Part shown: piece after piece, positions 26,005 to 39,400 of the stretch | Layout of the letters: each line of letters starts with the position of its first letter | Position numbering within the stretch: the first letter of the stretch is position 1 | Source of the DNA: Candidatus Omnitrophota bacterium | GTDB lineage: Bacteria > Omnitrophota > Gorgyraeia > Zapsychrales > JANLHA01 | Reading direction: 5' to 3' | Assembly: GCA_020632535.1 (NCBI GenBank) | Contig: JACKFJ010000001.1 | Coordinates: 90,890 to 154,889 of the forward strand | Length of the DNA: 64,000 nt | Made by a program: the position numbers and the translations under genes | Notes under the pieces: model-generated | The model's database searches: none | The model's input: only the letters and a program-made list of their open reading frames with translations | What the model was told of the DNA's origin: nothing

Positions 26005-27669
26005 TTGGATCTTTATCACAATTGCGTATGTGATCTGGAGGGTGGACATATTTTTAGAGAAATAAAAGGTGGTTTAGCACATTTTCCGACGTGGCTTTTG
26101 ATCATCGGGTATGGTGTGTTTTGGCTTGAATTATATGTTGTTAAAAAAGGTCATGGCCTGACATCTCCCTTGGCGCCGGCAGTTGCGTTGATTATTTTGG
26201 GAATCCTTTTGCCGCGAAGTTTTGGATCGATAAAAGGGTGCTGGAAATTTCTTTGTGATAATTTTAATGAACAAAGTCGGTTTAATAAATATGTAATCGT
26301 CGTAGGGTCTTTGCTTAGTTTAATTATCCTTGGCTGTGGGTTTTATGCGTCCTTGTTCCCGCCGCATTTGCTGCAGGAACACGATCTGATGCATTATCGC
26401 CTAGCGGTGCCACGGCAGCATTTGATTATGGGGAGTTTTGCGCATATTCCATGGTCAGCGGCAGATTTTTTTTATATGCCACTGGATTTTGCGCTGACGC
26501 CATTCTGGCTGGCAACGTCTTTGCCCAACAAATTCCCTCAGTTTTTATTTATTTTGGGGTTGCTGGCCATTGCCGTAAAATTAGTGAAGCATTTTACCGG
26601 TAATCATTTTATGGCGCAGGTGATGGTGGTGTTCTGTATTCTTGGTTCTCATAATGTCGGTATACAGATGGGAACAGGGATGTTGGACTTGGCGGGATGT
26701 TATTTGCTGTTAGCAGCTTTGCATAGTTTTTTGGAGAAGAACATATTTTTATGTGCTGCTGAATTTACTTTTTATTTTTGGTCAAAATCATTTATTCCGC
26801 CCATGATGATTTTGATTATGATCGGCGTTGTTCTTATTTTTGTTCTTTTGAAAAGTCGGGGTTCTCTGAAAACAGATTGGGTTTACGCCGGCGCATTTGG
26901 ACTTTTGTGGAAAAACAATTGGCCGATTCTAAAAAAGTTGACCGGGATTTTTCTAGTTTTGAGTCTGTTGATTGGTGGGCCATTTGTGATCAAGAACCTT
27001 TATTATACCGGAACGCCGACTTATCCTTTTGTGGTAGGGCTCGTGCCGGGACTCGCGAATCTTCAAAAGGATGCCGATGTTTGGCAGATTATAGAGTCGA
27101 ACGCTTATAATAATACTCAAACCAAGGATGCTTACGGGCATGGCCGTTCATGGGGGGCTTTTTTAAGTCATTTATGGTTGATCTCTGTTCCGGAGCAGGG
27201 TGTTAATAACAGCTATGATTATCCTGTGGGGTTGATTTATTTGTTGTGTTTGGGTCCGTTCTTATTGGTATTATTTCGTGCGTTAAGGCATAAGGAATTT
27301 CTGTTGGTTCCTGTTTTTGTCGTCGTGTTTTGGATGGTATGGTGGTTTACATCGCAGCAGTCAAGATTTTTGTATATTCCAATTGTTCTGATGATTATTG
27401 TTGTTGTTTCTGATAAAAGATTTTTAACTCCTGTGTTTTATGTGTGTGTATTTGTAGCGTTAACTTCAACATGCTTATCAATTGTTCGGGCGCATAAAGC
27501 TGACTGGGGAAAATCCGCTTATGAAGTTCTCAGGCCTCGAGATAAGATATTGCTTACGATGTCAAAGAATTTTGATGGTTTGCATCCATTGATGGTTGAC
27601 CATGCGGATGTGGCTTTTGCGGATTTTCCGGTTATTATAAAAAATAAAGGAATTCTAGTCTTGAAATGA
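26005..27669 (+). CDS. Polytopic membrane protein (GT-C-like or polymerase-like); 5' end uncertain, possibly frameshifted
   Basis: At least 10 hydrophobic segments. The track start is a TTG with no RBS. A 32-codon ORF from ATG 25967 in another frame encodes a TM-like N-terminus and meets this frame at a T5 run (26051-26055). Confidence 0.5.
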   Translation: MDLYHNCVCDLEGGHIFREIKGGLAHFPTWLLIIGYGVFWLELYVVKKGHGLTSPLAPAVALIILGILLPRSFGSIKGCWKFLCDNFNEQSRFNKYVIVVGSLLSLIILGCGFYASLFPPHLLQEHDLMHYRLAVPRQHLIMGSFAHIPWSAADFFYMPLDFALTPFWLATSLPNKFPQFLFILGLLAIAVKLVKHFTGNHFMAQVMVVFCILGSHNVGIQMGTGMLDLAGCYLLLAALHSFLEKNIFLCAAEFTFYFWSKSFIPPMMILIMIGVVLIFVLLKSRGSLKTDWVYAGAFGLLWKNNWPILKKLTGIFLVLSLLIGGPFVIKNLYYTGTPTYPFVVGLVPGLANLQKDADVWQIIESNAYNNTQTKDAYGHGRSWGAFLSHLWLISVPEQGVNNSYDYPVGLIYLLCLGPFLLVLFRALRHKEFLLVPVFVVVFWMVWWFTSQQSRFLYIPIVLMIIVVVSDKRFLTPVFYVCVFVALTSTCLSIVRAHKADWGKSAYEVLRPRDKILLTMSKNFDGLHPLMVDHADVAFADFPVIIKNKGILVLK

Positions 27670-28652
27670 AAAGAAGAAATATTTTAATAATTTTAATTAT
27701 TGGTGCGTTGGGACTTTTTTGGGATGATATTGCCACACGTGTGTCTCGTCTAGAAAATTATGTGCGTGGTTATGCCTTTTTTGGTCAACGTATCACAAAT
27801 CTCGAGGAAGAAATTAATCGCACGACTGTTTTAGAAAAGCAGATGTTGGAAGTCGAAAATGAACTTAAGCGGATAAGTCCTTTGTCAGCCAAGCTTAATC
27901 TGACGACAAATCGACTTAATATTATAGAGGACTTTATGATGAAAACCGCGCTTGAGGGTAAGGTCGGCAGGGTTTTTCGGACCACGCAGGTTTCGGATCA
28001 AATCAGTGATTCATCAATTGGCAGTAATCCGTCCCATCGTAATGGCAATTGGGGCGGCCATACCTTTGTGTGGGTTGGAGGGGCTGACGCGGATTATACG
28101 GCACGAATATTAATCAAATTTGAGGAACTTACTCCCATGCTTATGAAGGGTAAGAAAATTGAGGCGGCAGTGATTTATCTTAAGCAAACTCAACCTGACG
28201 ATTTGGTGGAAGATGATCAAGCATTAAATGAGACGATCAATGTTTTTCGTGTGCGTAAAAAATGGAATCAGGGGACGCATATTCGTGGTCAAGCAGATCA
28301 AGGAGAGGTGACGTGGGTTTCGGCGCGTACGGGTCAGGAGCAATGGGCTGTTCCGGGCGCGAGTGATGAAAAAGAAGATTTTGATCCTCTTATTCTTGCT
28401 ACGAGTGGGCCGGTATTAACAGGCAATGCTCAGGAATGGGTGCCATTGACATTTACTTCTGCGGGTTTGATTCAATTGCAGGATATGTTAAGTCATGGCA
28501 GTGTAAAAAACCAAGGATTTATTTTACGAAACCCAGATGAAAATCAACCGAATGCCTTTTTATTTTTCCATTCTTCGGAAAGTAGTCCTCAAAACCGTCC
28601 CTATATAGAAATTTATTATACGGAAGAGCCAACGGATCAATTAAAAAAATAA
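27666..28652 (+). CDS. N-terminally anchored coiled-coil protein with a DNRLRE-like carbohydrate-associated domain
   Basis: ATGA overlap. A TM/signal anchor ILIILIIGALGLFW and a coiled-coil segment are followed by NGNWGGHTFVWVGG...ARILIKFEEL...KIEAAVIYLKQ and VFRVRKKWNQG...VTW, which follow the DNRLRE-domain pattern as I remember it. Confidence 0.4.
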   Translation: MKRRNILIILIIGALGLFWDDIATRVSRLENYVRGYAFFGQRITNLEEEINRTTVLEKQMLEVENELKRISPLSAKLNLTTNRLNIIEDFMMKTALEGKVGRVFRTTQVSDQISDSSIGSNPSHRNGNWGGHTFVWVGGADADYTARILIKFEELTPMLMKGKKIEAAVIYLKQTQPDDLVEDDQALNETINVFRVRKKWNQGTHIRGQADQGEVTWVSARTGQEQWAVPGASDEKEDFDPLILATSGPVLTGNAQEWVPLTFTSAGLIQLQDMLSHGSVKNQGFILRNPDENQPNAFLFFHSSESSPQNRPYIEIYYTEEPTDQLKK

Positions 28653-28661
28653 GGGTGTCTT

Positions 28662-29384
28662 ATGCGTTTGAGTATATTAATTCCTGTTTATAATGAAAGT
28701 CGCTATTTGGAGGCTTTGATTGAGAAAGTTGTGCGTCAAAGCATTTTGGGCATTGCCGCAAAGGAAATCGTGATTGTTGATGATGGTTCGACCGACGGCA
28801 GTGTGGCAATTATTGAGAATTTGGTAAAAAAGTATGAGGGACAAATCGTAGCGGTATTTCACGCGCAAAATGCCGGCAAGGGAGCCGCGATTCGTAGTGC
28901 CGTTGAAAAAATGACAGGAGATCTCTGTATTATTCAGGACGCGGATTGGGAATATGATCCACAGGATTATTCTCTTGTTTTGGAACCGATGATCACCGGA
29001 CGTGCGGACTGTGTTTATGGTTCACGCTTTATTGGCACGCAGTCGAAGCGCGTTTTGTATTTTTGGCATTATGTCGGTAATAAAGTTTTGACATTGTTAA
29101 GCAATATGTGTTCGAATTTAAATCTCACGGACATGGAAACAGGGTATAAAGCTTTTCGTTCGGACATTTTGAAAACAATTCCGATTCGTTCTCGAGATTT
29201 TGGTTTTGAACCTGAAATTACCGCGAAGATTGCTCGTCGCAAATGCCGTGTTTATGAGGTTGGTATCAGTTATAATGGTCGCACATATGAAGAAGGCAAG
29301 AAAATAATTTGGATTGATGGGTTAAAAGCAGTTTTTGTTATTCTTAAATTTTGGTTGGTTAATGATAGTAAAAAACATCAATAA
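28662..29384 (+). CDS. Glycosyltransferase family 2 (polyprenol-phosphate glycosyltransferase-like)
   Basis: LSILIPVYNESRYL, VIVDDGSTDGS, IIQDADWEYDP. Confidence 0.85.
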   Translation: MRLSILIPVYNESRYLEALIEKVVRQSILGIAAKEIVIVDDGSTDGSVAIIENLVKKYEGQIVAVFHAQNAGKGAAIRSAVEKMTGDLCIIQDADWEYDPQDYSLVLEPMITGRADCVYGSRFIGTQSKRVLYFWHYVGNKVLTLLSNMCSNLNLTDMETGYKAFRSDILKTIPIRSRDFGFEPEITAKIARRKCRVYEVGISYNGRTYEEGKKIIWIDGLKAVFVILKFWLVNDSKKHQ

Positions 29385-30158
29385 ATGATGAAAGAGAATT
29401 TTCAAGTTCTTGGTGTGCGGATTAGTGCGGTTAATCTTAAGATTGCCGCGCGGCAGATTGAGGAGTGGATTGAAAATCGTACGAAAACATATGTTTGTGT
29501 CGCGCCGGTTTCAACGGTTATGGATTGTCAGGATGATGCGCGGTACCGGACGATTGTAAACGCTGCTGGGATGGTCACGCCTGATGGAATGCCGATTGTA
29601 TGGATAGGTCGACGGAAAGCTGGGAAAATTGTTGAACGAACATATGGTCCGGACTTGATGAATATGTTTTGTGCTTTAAGTGAAGACAAAGGGTATAAGC
29701 ATTATTTTTATGGTGGCTCATCTGCGACCAATCGCCTTTTGGTGGAAGCTCTCAAAAGACGTTTTCCTAAACTTGCAGTTGTTGGTCAATACGCGCCGGC
29801 TTTTTTGGCCATACAACAGAAAGAGCAAGAGAGTGTTCTTAAGCAAATTAATAATTCCGGAGCCGATGTGTTGTGGGTGGGTTTAGGTTCTCCAAAGCAG
29901 GACTATTGGATGGCTTTGCACCGAGAAGAAATCAATGTCCCTGTCATGATTGGTGCGGGTGCGGCTTTTGATTTCTTGGCTGGAACGAAAGCGCAGGCGC
30001 CACTTTGGATGCAGCGCTCAGGATTGGAGTGGGTATTTCGACTTTGTTGTGAACCGCGCCGTTTGTGGCGACGTTACCTTGTTGGGAATATGCGTTTTAT
30101 ATTTCTCATTATTAAAAATGAAATTTTTAAAAAATCATCTTCGGTCATGTGTTTATGA
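29385..30158 (+). CDS. WecB/TagA/CpsF-family glycosyltransferase (GT26)
   Basis: VTPDGMPIVWIGR, LWVGLGSPKQDYWM, IGAGAAFDFLAG. Confidence 0.85.
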   Translation: MMKENFQVLGVRISAVNLKIAARQIEEWIENRTKTYVCVAPVSTVMDCQDDARYRTIVNAAGMVTPDGMPIVWIGRRKAGKIVERTYGPDLMNMFCALSEDKGYKHYFYGGSSATNRLLVEALKRRFPKLAVVGQYAPAFLAIQQKEQESVLKQINNSGADVLWVGLGSPKQDYWMALHREEINVPVMIGAGAAFDFLAGTKAQAPLWMQRSGLEWVFRLCCEPRRLWRRYLVGNMRFIFLIIKNEIFKKSSSVMCL

Positions 30159-31576
30159 AAATTATTAGTCGTGCTGTTTTGATTAAGTGTGTATATATTT
30201 GCATTGACATTGTCTTTGTCACTTTGGCTGTTTATCTCGCGTGCTGGCTGAGAAAAGAAACATTACCGTTTCCCGTCAATGTTATTGATTTTTTTAATCC
30301 CAAAAGTCAAATCCATTTTGTTTTTATTTTCTGGCTTTTAGCGATTATTCTCATTAATAATATCAACGGTCTTTATCAAACCCGTCGTGAGCTCGTCGAG
30401 AGTATTGAGATTTGGAAAGTCATTCGCTCGATTATGGATTCGGTTGTTCTGACGGTTGTGGCGATTTATTTCTTTAAAATTCAAGCTTTCCCGCGCACAG
30501 TTTTACTTTTGTCGGGGTTGTTCATTATTATTTTTCTTTCGGTTTGGCGTATTCTTAAGCGTATGTTTGTGCTTTTTCTCGTTAGTAAAGGATACAATAA
30601 TTTCAACGTTCTTATTATTGGCGCCGGTAAAGTAGGTAGCGCATTGGCGCAGGAAATTGATAAGCGCAAAGCTTTGGGTCTTAAAATTCTGGGATTTCTT
30701 GATGATCATGTGCCGACGGGAGAAAGTTGTCACGGGTATAAAGTTCTTGGAAAAATCGCTGATTTTCCGATAATTGCCCAGCAAAATTTTGTTAACACTC
30801 TTTTTATTACGATTCATCATGATAGTCAGGTCTTTTTGCAGACGTTAGAGCAGGCGCGTGAAATGCGCCTTGCTGTGCGAGTTGTTCCAGAAGGATTTGA
30901 ACTGACAACAGGGGAGTTTGGAAAATATAATATTGGTTTTATTCCGGTGCTCGAGTATTTTAATGAGGGCATCGCGTTACGTCATCCCGGGAAAAGAATA
31001 TTTGATGTTTTTGTAGGTTTACTGCTTTTAATTCTTTTATTGCCCTTGTTTTTGGTTTTGGCCATCATTATTAAACGTGACAGCAAAGGGCCGGTTTTTT
31101 ATTTGTCCCGTCGTTACGGTCGTCGGGGTGAAGAGTTCTTTATGTATAAATTCCGAAGCATGGTCAGTAATGCGGATGATTTGCAAGATGCATTGAAGGA
31201 CAAGAATGAAGTTGATGGCCCGATTTTTAAAATCCGTAGCGATCCGCGTGTTACTGAGTTTGGTAAATTCTTGCGTAAGTTTAGCATTGATGAATTACCC
31301 CAATTGATCAATGTCCTCAAAGGAGAAATGAGTTTGGTTGGTCCGCGTCCTTTTCCGATTGAACAAATTGAGAAGGAAGATTTGCGCCAGTTAAAGCGTC
31401 TGGAAGTTAAGCCCGGGATTACTGGTCTTTGGCAAATACGCGGCCGCAGCGATATTTCCTTTAGCCGGTTAGTCAAATGGGACATTTGGTACATTAACAA
31501 TTGGTCATTTTGGTTGGACATTAATATTCTTGTGCAAACCATTCCTGTTGTTGTCAAAGGCAAAGGTGCTTATTAA
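30155..31576 (+). CDS. Polyprenyl-phosphate sugar phosphotransferase (WbaP/EpsB-type priming enzyme)
   Basis: ATG 30155 overlaps the upstream stop (ATGA); the track start is GTG 30149. It has N-terminal TM segments, IIGAGKVG and a C-terminal catalytic domain: KFRSM...DELPQLINVLKGEMSLVGPRP...PGITGLWQ. Confidence 0.85.
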   Translation: MKIISRAVLIKCVYICIDIVFVTLAVYLACWLRKETLPFPVNVIDFFNPKSQIHFVFIFWLLAIILINNINGLYQTRRELVESIEIWKVIRSIMDSVVLTVVAIYFFKIQAFPRTVLLLSGLFIIIFLSVWRILKRMFVLFLVSKGYNNFNVLIIGAGKVGSALAQEIDKRKALGLKILGFLDDHVPTGESCHGYKVLGKIADFPIIAQQNFVNTLFITIHHDSQVFLQTLEQAREMRLAVRVVPEGFELTTGEFGKYNIGFIPVLEYFNEGIALRHPGKRIFDVFVGLLLLILLLPLFLVLAIIIKRDSKGPVFYLSRRYGRRGEEFFMYKFRSMVSNADDLQDALKDKNEVDGPIFKIRSDPRVTEFGKFLRKFSIDELPQLINVLKGEMSLVGPRPFPIEQIEKEDLRQLKRLEVKPGITGLWQIRGRSDISFSRLVKWDIWYINNWSFWLDINILVQTIPVVVKGKGAY

Positions 31577-31585
31577 GTCTGTCGC

Positions 31586-32908
31586 ATGAATACCTCGACT
31601 ATAAATTCAAAAATCGATACAATTATTCGCAGTCTTTTTTATGCGTTGATTTTATTCTTGCCCTACAGCAAAGCTGTCATTGAAACGGCTGTCGTCACGT
31701 CTTCGGTCTTATGGATTATCAAACATACACTGATGCTTTGGGAATTACGTGTTTTGAAAAAGAGTCAGAATGCTTTTATCGCTGACCTCTGGCAATCGTT
31801 TCGACCAGCAAGCAGTCCACTTAATTATGGCATCGCGTTTTTTCTTCTAGCCTGCATATTTTCGCTTGTGGGTAGTGTGATTCCAGGTCAGTCATTACGC
31901 GGGTTTTTGACTAAGACAATTGAATGGTTCGCTGTTTATTTGATCGTTGTTGAAGTTTTTATTTCACAGCGTCAGGTTTATAAGGCATTGTGTATTTTTG
32001 TTATTACTTCTTTTATTGTTGGATTAGATAGTGTTGCTCAACTGCATTGGCTTCATCGCGATATTTTCTTTGATCGAGCGTTGATCGAAGGGTATCGCGT
32101 GACGGCAGCGTTTGATCATTCTAATGTTCTCGGTGGATTTTTAGTTGTCGCGATCCTTGTTTTGATTGGACTCTTTTTTGCTGGTCGAGATAAGGTGGTC
32201 AGGAAAATATTTATTGCTGCGGTTTTTGCTTTGTTGATATGGACTTTATTTCATACGTTTTCGCGTGGCGCATGGATGGGAGCTACCATCGCGATGCTTT
32301 TCTTTGTGGTTATTGTTGTTGGAGCAAAAGTTCGACCAGTCTTACGAAACATTTTAATCATTCTTGCTATTGTGATCGCGTCTTTGTCAGCGGGACAGTC
32401 ATTTGAGCTAAAGAAACAGCGCAACTTAGTTAGCAATGATATCGAAACCGCGCAATGGCGTCTGGCTCTTTGGCGCGAAAGTCTTTTTTTGATCAAAGAG
32501 CGGCCATTTTTTGGTCATGGATTAAATACATTCATGTCGGTTATGGAAAAATCATTGATCACGACAAAAAATCCTTTAGCAAACGGGTTTAGCGCAAGTT
32601 ACGCGCATAATTGCTTTTTACAAATCGCGGTTGAGGTGGGGATTTTTGGTCTTAGCGCGTTTCTTGGTATTATGTTTTTACTTTTTCGACAGATTCTATT
32701 TTTACCGCATTGGAATAGCCCGCAAGGGCAATCTCAACGTATGCTTATTGTTGGAATTTTAGCAGGGCTTTTGGGATTTCTTGCGCATTCCGCGGTCGAC
32801 ACGAACTTTTATTCCTTACAATTACCGGTTCTGTTTTGGTATATGACAGGACTTTTGATTTCCCTCGATAAGCAGTTGAGGAATCAGTTAACCTGTGTTA
32901 TAAAATGA
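31586..32908 (+). CDS. O-antigen ligase / Wzy-type polymerase family membrane protein
   Basis: Polytopic. [13 protein letters not shown] and FFGHGLNTF are typical of the Wzy_C domain. Confidence 0.7.
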   Translation: MNTSTINSKIDTIIRSLFYALILFLPYSKAVIETAVVTSSVLWIIKHTLMLWELRVLKKSQNAFIADLWQSFRPASSPLNYGIAFFLLACIFSLVGSVIPGQSLRGFLTKTIEWFAVYLIVVEVFISQRQVYKALCIFVITSFIVGLDSVAQLHWLHRDIFFDRALIEGYRVTAAFDHSNVLGGFLVVAILVLIGLFFAGRDKVVRKIFIAAVFALLIWTLFHTFSRGAWMGATIAMLFFVVIVVGAKVRPVLRNILIILAIVIASLSAGQSFELKKQRNLVSNDIETAQWRLALWRESLFLIKERPFFGHGLNTFMSVMEKSLITTKNPLANGFSASYAHNCFLQIAVEVGIFGLSAFLGIMFLLFRQILFLPHWNSPQGQSQRMLIVGILAGLLGFLAHSAVDTNFYSLQLPVLFWYMTGLLISLDKQLRNQLTCVIK

Positions 32909-32930
32909 CATTAACCAAAGGACAAAATCT

Positions 32931-36362
<3,432 letters not shown>

Positions 36363-36494
36363 AGGATTTTTTGCCTTTTCCCCACCGATATGGTACATTT
36401 TTATTGTGTATTTCTTCTCTTAATATAGTACGCTCTTACCTAATTTCCAAAATCAGATTTATTACATTTTTTATCAAGGCCAAGGAGAAGTCTT

Positions 36495-39400
36495 GTGCTA
36501 AAGCCGTTTTATCGTAAAAGCGCTTATATTTTTCGGAAAATTGTCAGTATTTTGCTTTTGCTGACTTTTGGCCTGTCTATGGGCATTGCGCCCGCGGGGG
36601 CACAAATTTTGCCAAATTTGCCGACACCCGGGCAAATGCTTTGGCTGTCTCCCGTTTATGAACCGCCCGTGTTACGCGGCATGACTGTTCACCCCGAAAA
36701 TCCGCTTTTATTGGACTTTATCGTTGATCGCGGTCAGGACAAAATCAACAATGACCTTCTCAGAGACGAAAGCACCAAACTTATCAAATATTTTCTTACG
36801 TCGATGACTATTCCCGATAAGGACGCGTGGGTTAATCTTTCTCCTTATGAAAAAGACCGTATTATTCCTGATGCTCTCGGGCAAACCGAAATGGGTCGGC
36901 AAATGCTTGAGCAGGATTATATTCTCAAGCAGCTTTCGGCATCACTTACCAATCCCGACAAAGAACTTGGACAGAAATTTTGGAAAGAAGTCCGTGCCCG
37001 CGCGCAAAAGCATTTTGGCACTACCGAAATTCCGTTAAATACGTTTAGTAAAGTATGGATAGTTCCCGATGGCGCTACAGTTGTTGAAAAAGACGGCTTT
37101 GCATACATTACCGAAAGCAAGCTCAAAGTCATGCTTGATCAAGATTACGTTGCACAGAATATTAATCCCATTGCGAGCACCGAAGGTGCGCGGCAATCTC
37201 CGTCTATCGAGATTGCTTCGTCGTCTGTGACTCCTCGCAATGGTATAGAGAACGTTTCCACCGCCGTCTTCCGCGAAATGATCTTACCGCAATTAAACAA
37301 AGAAATTAACACCGGAAAGAATTTCAGCGCTACACGCCAAGTGTATCAATCGGTCATCCTTGCCGCGTGGTACAAAAAGGCATTAAAAGATTCTCTTTTG
37401 GGCCGCATCTATGCCGATAAATCAAAAGTTGAAGGCGTCGAGAGCGATGTTCAAGATATTAAACAAAAAGTTTATGATCAGTATTTAGAAGCGTTTAAAA
37501 AAGGTGTTTATAACGTTATTAAAGAAGAGGATGGTTTTGATGGCGATTTGATTCCGCGCAAATATTTTTCTGGTGGTATGGAATTAGGAATGAACCTAAA
37601 TTCCGATCAACTAAGAATTACACGTGGTTCTTCGGCCGTTTATCAGGTTGCAACTGAAATGAATACCGCGGGTGATGGTATCGTGGTTGTTAATGCTAAT
37701 TTGGCTGAAACAGAACGGGAAGCGGTGGAGATCAATGATAAGGCCGCGTCACGATGGGCGGCTAAAGAGATTCCGGTAGAATTCCGATTGTCTTTTAAAG
37801 ATGCCGTACGAAAGGTGAGTGGGCTTACTTTTATTTATCCGGAAGATTATAGGAGCTCCTATATTTTTTCAGTTGGAGAGAGTTTAGTCGACCAACAGAA
37901 ATTCACAAAAATCGCTGATCTTTTGGGGCAGGATAATCGCGGTCAGGTTATTGAAGAAACATATAAAGCGTTTGAGAGGCAGACACTTTCTGTTATTAAT
38001 GAAGTTGATCAACGTGACATTAAATCCGCCATCGGTTATTTTGTCGATGCAATCAAAGAATACAATACACCACAAGTTATTGAATCAGAGAGTGGATTGG
38101 TTTTTCAATTCCATCGGATTTCCGAATTATTTGAAAGTGACCGTGCTTATTTAATCCCGATTGTAGAGAAATTTGTTGCTCAGGAAGTTGCAAATCGTCC
38201 CGAACTTCAAAATAACCGCATTGTTGATGTCGAAAAAATGAAACCGGGAAGTCCCGGCACAAGTATTTATTTGATCAATTGGGGTGGACAAAAATATATT
38301 ATCAAGTCTCGTCCGATTAAGACTTTAGTAAAGTTCGGCGAATTTACAGAAAATAAATATTTAACGAATCAAGTAGAAATCTTAACGAAACTCAATGCGA
38401 ATGGTGGGAATGAACATATTGCAAAACTCGTGAGTTTTGGAACAGTAGCAGGCCAAGAATATCTTGTTACCAATTATTTACCGGGACAAAGTTTATTATC
38501 AAAAGTAAGAAGCGAAGGGCCACAATCCGTACAGAATACGGTCAAGATTGCCGTTGAGCTTGCTAAGGCGCTCGAATTTGTTCATGCGAAAGGAATTGTT
38601 TATCGTGATTTAGCTGCGAGAAATATTCAAGTTGGTCCGGACAATTTTGTTTATTTGTATGATTTTGATGTGTCGAGTGATGTTGATTACGACTGGACGA
38701 TCGACGCGTACAAGTTGCGCGATGTCACGAGTTTAACAGATTTTTCGGAAGAGGGTTTTGAGATTACTGCTCAGAGTTTTGATGTTCAACAGGATATTGC
38801 GAATATTGGCGCGGTATTATTTCGAACTGCCTCGGGAAAGTTGCTGATTAATATTTCTGATATCAGTGAGAGCACGATAGAAAATGCTGCTCTGCGTAAA
38901 ATTATTTTACGTTCTGTTGCTCCGCGCGCAAACCGTTATAAAAACGTTTCTGATATGTTAGCTGATTTAGAAACGTTACAAAAGTCTTTACCCGTCACGC
39001 AAGGTATCGAAGAGACAGCGCTTGGTGTGTCAAGCTCGACATTAAGTGACGAAACAATTGCGGCAACACATTCACGTATCGCCTCGAGTGGCGTTGGAAA
39101 GTCAGCGTCTGATCCTGCGAATTCAATCGTGTCAAAAATTGAAGAATTAGGCATTCGGCAAGAAATCCTGACTTTTATTCATAAACATCTTAGTTCCCTT
39201 GGTGAAATGAATAAAGATCAGATTCTTGCGATTTTAGCTGAAGCTCCATATGTTGGCAGGGATTGGCAGGCGATCTATCAAAATTCTCTGCGGGTGAATT
39301 CCGAGACAGCAAATCTTGATCTTGTTACATTATTGACCAAAGTTTATAAATTGCTAATTCTTAATGTTCTTGATAATTTTGGATCGATTGCGGCGCAGTT

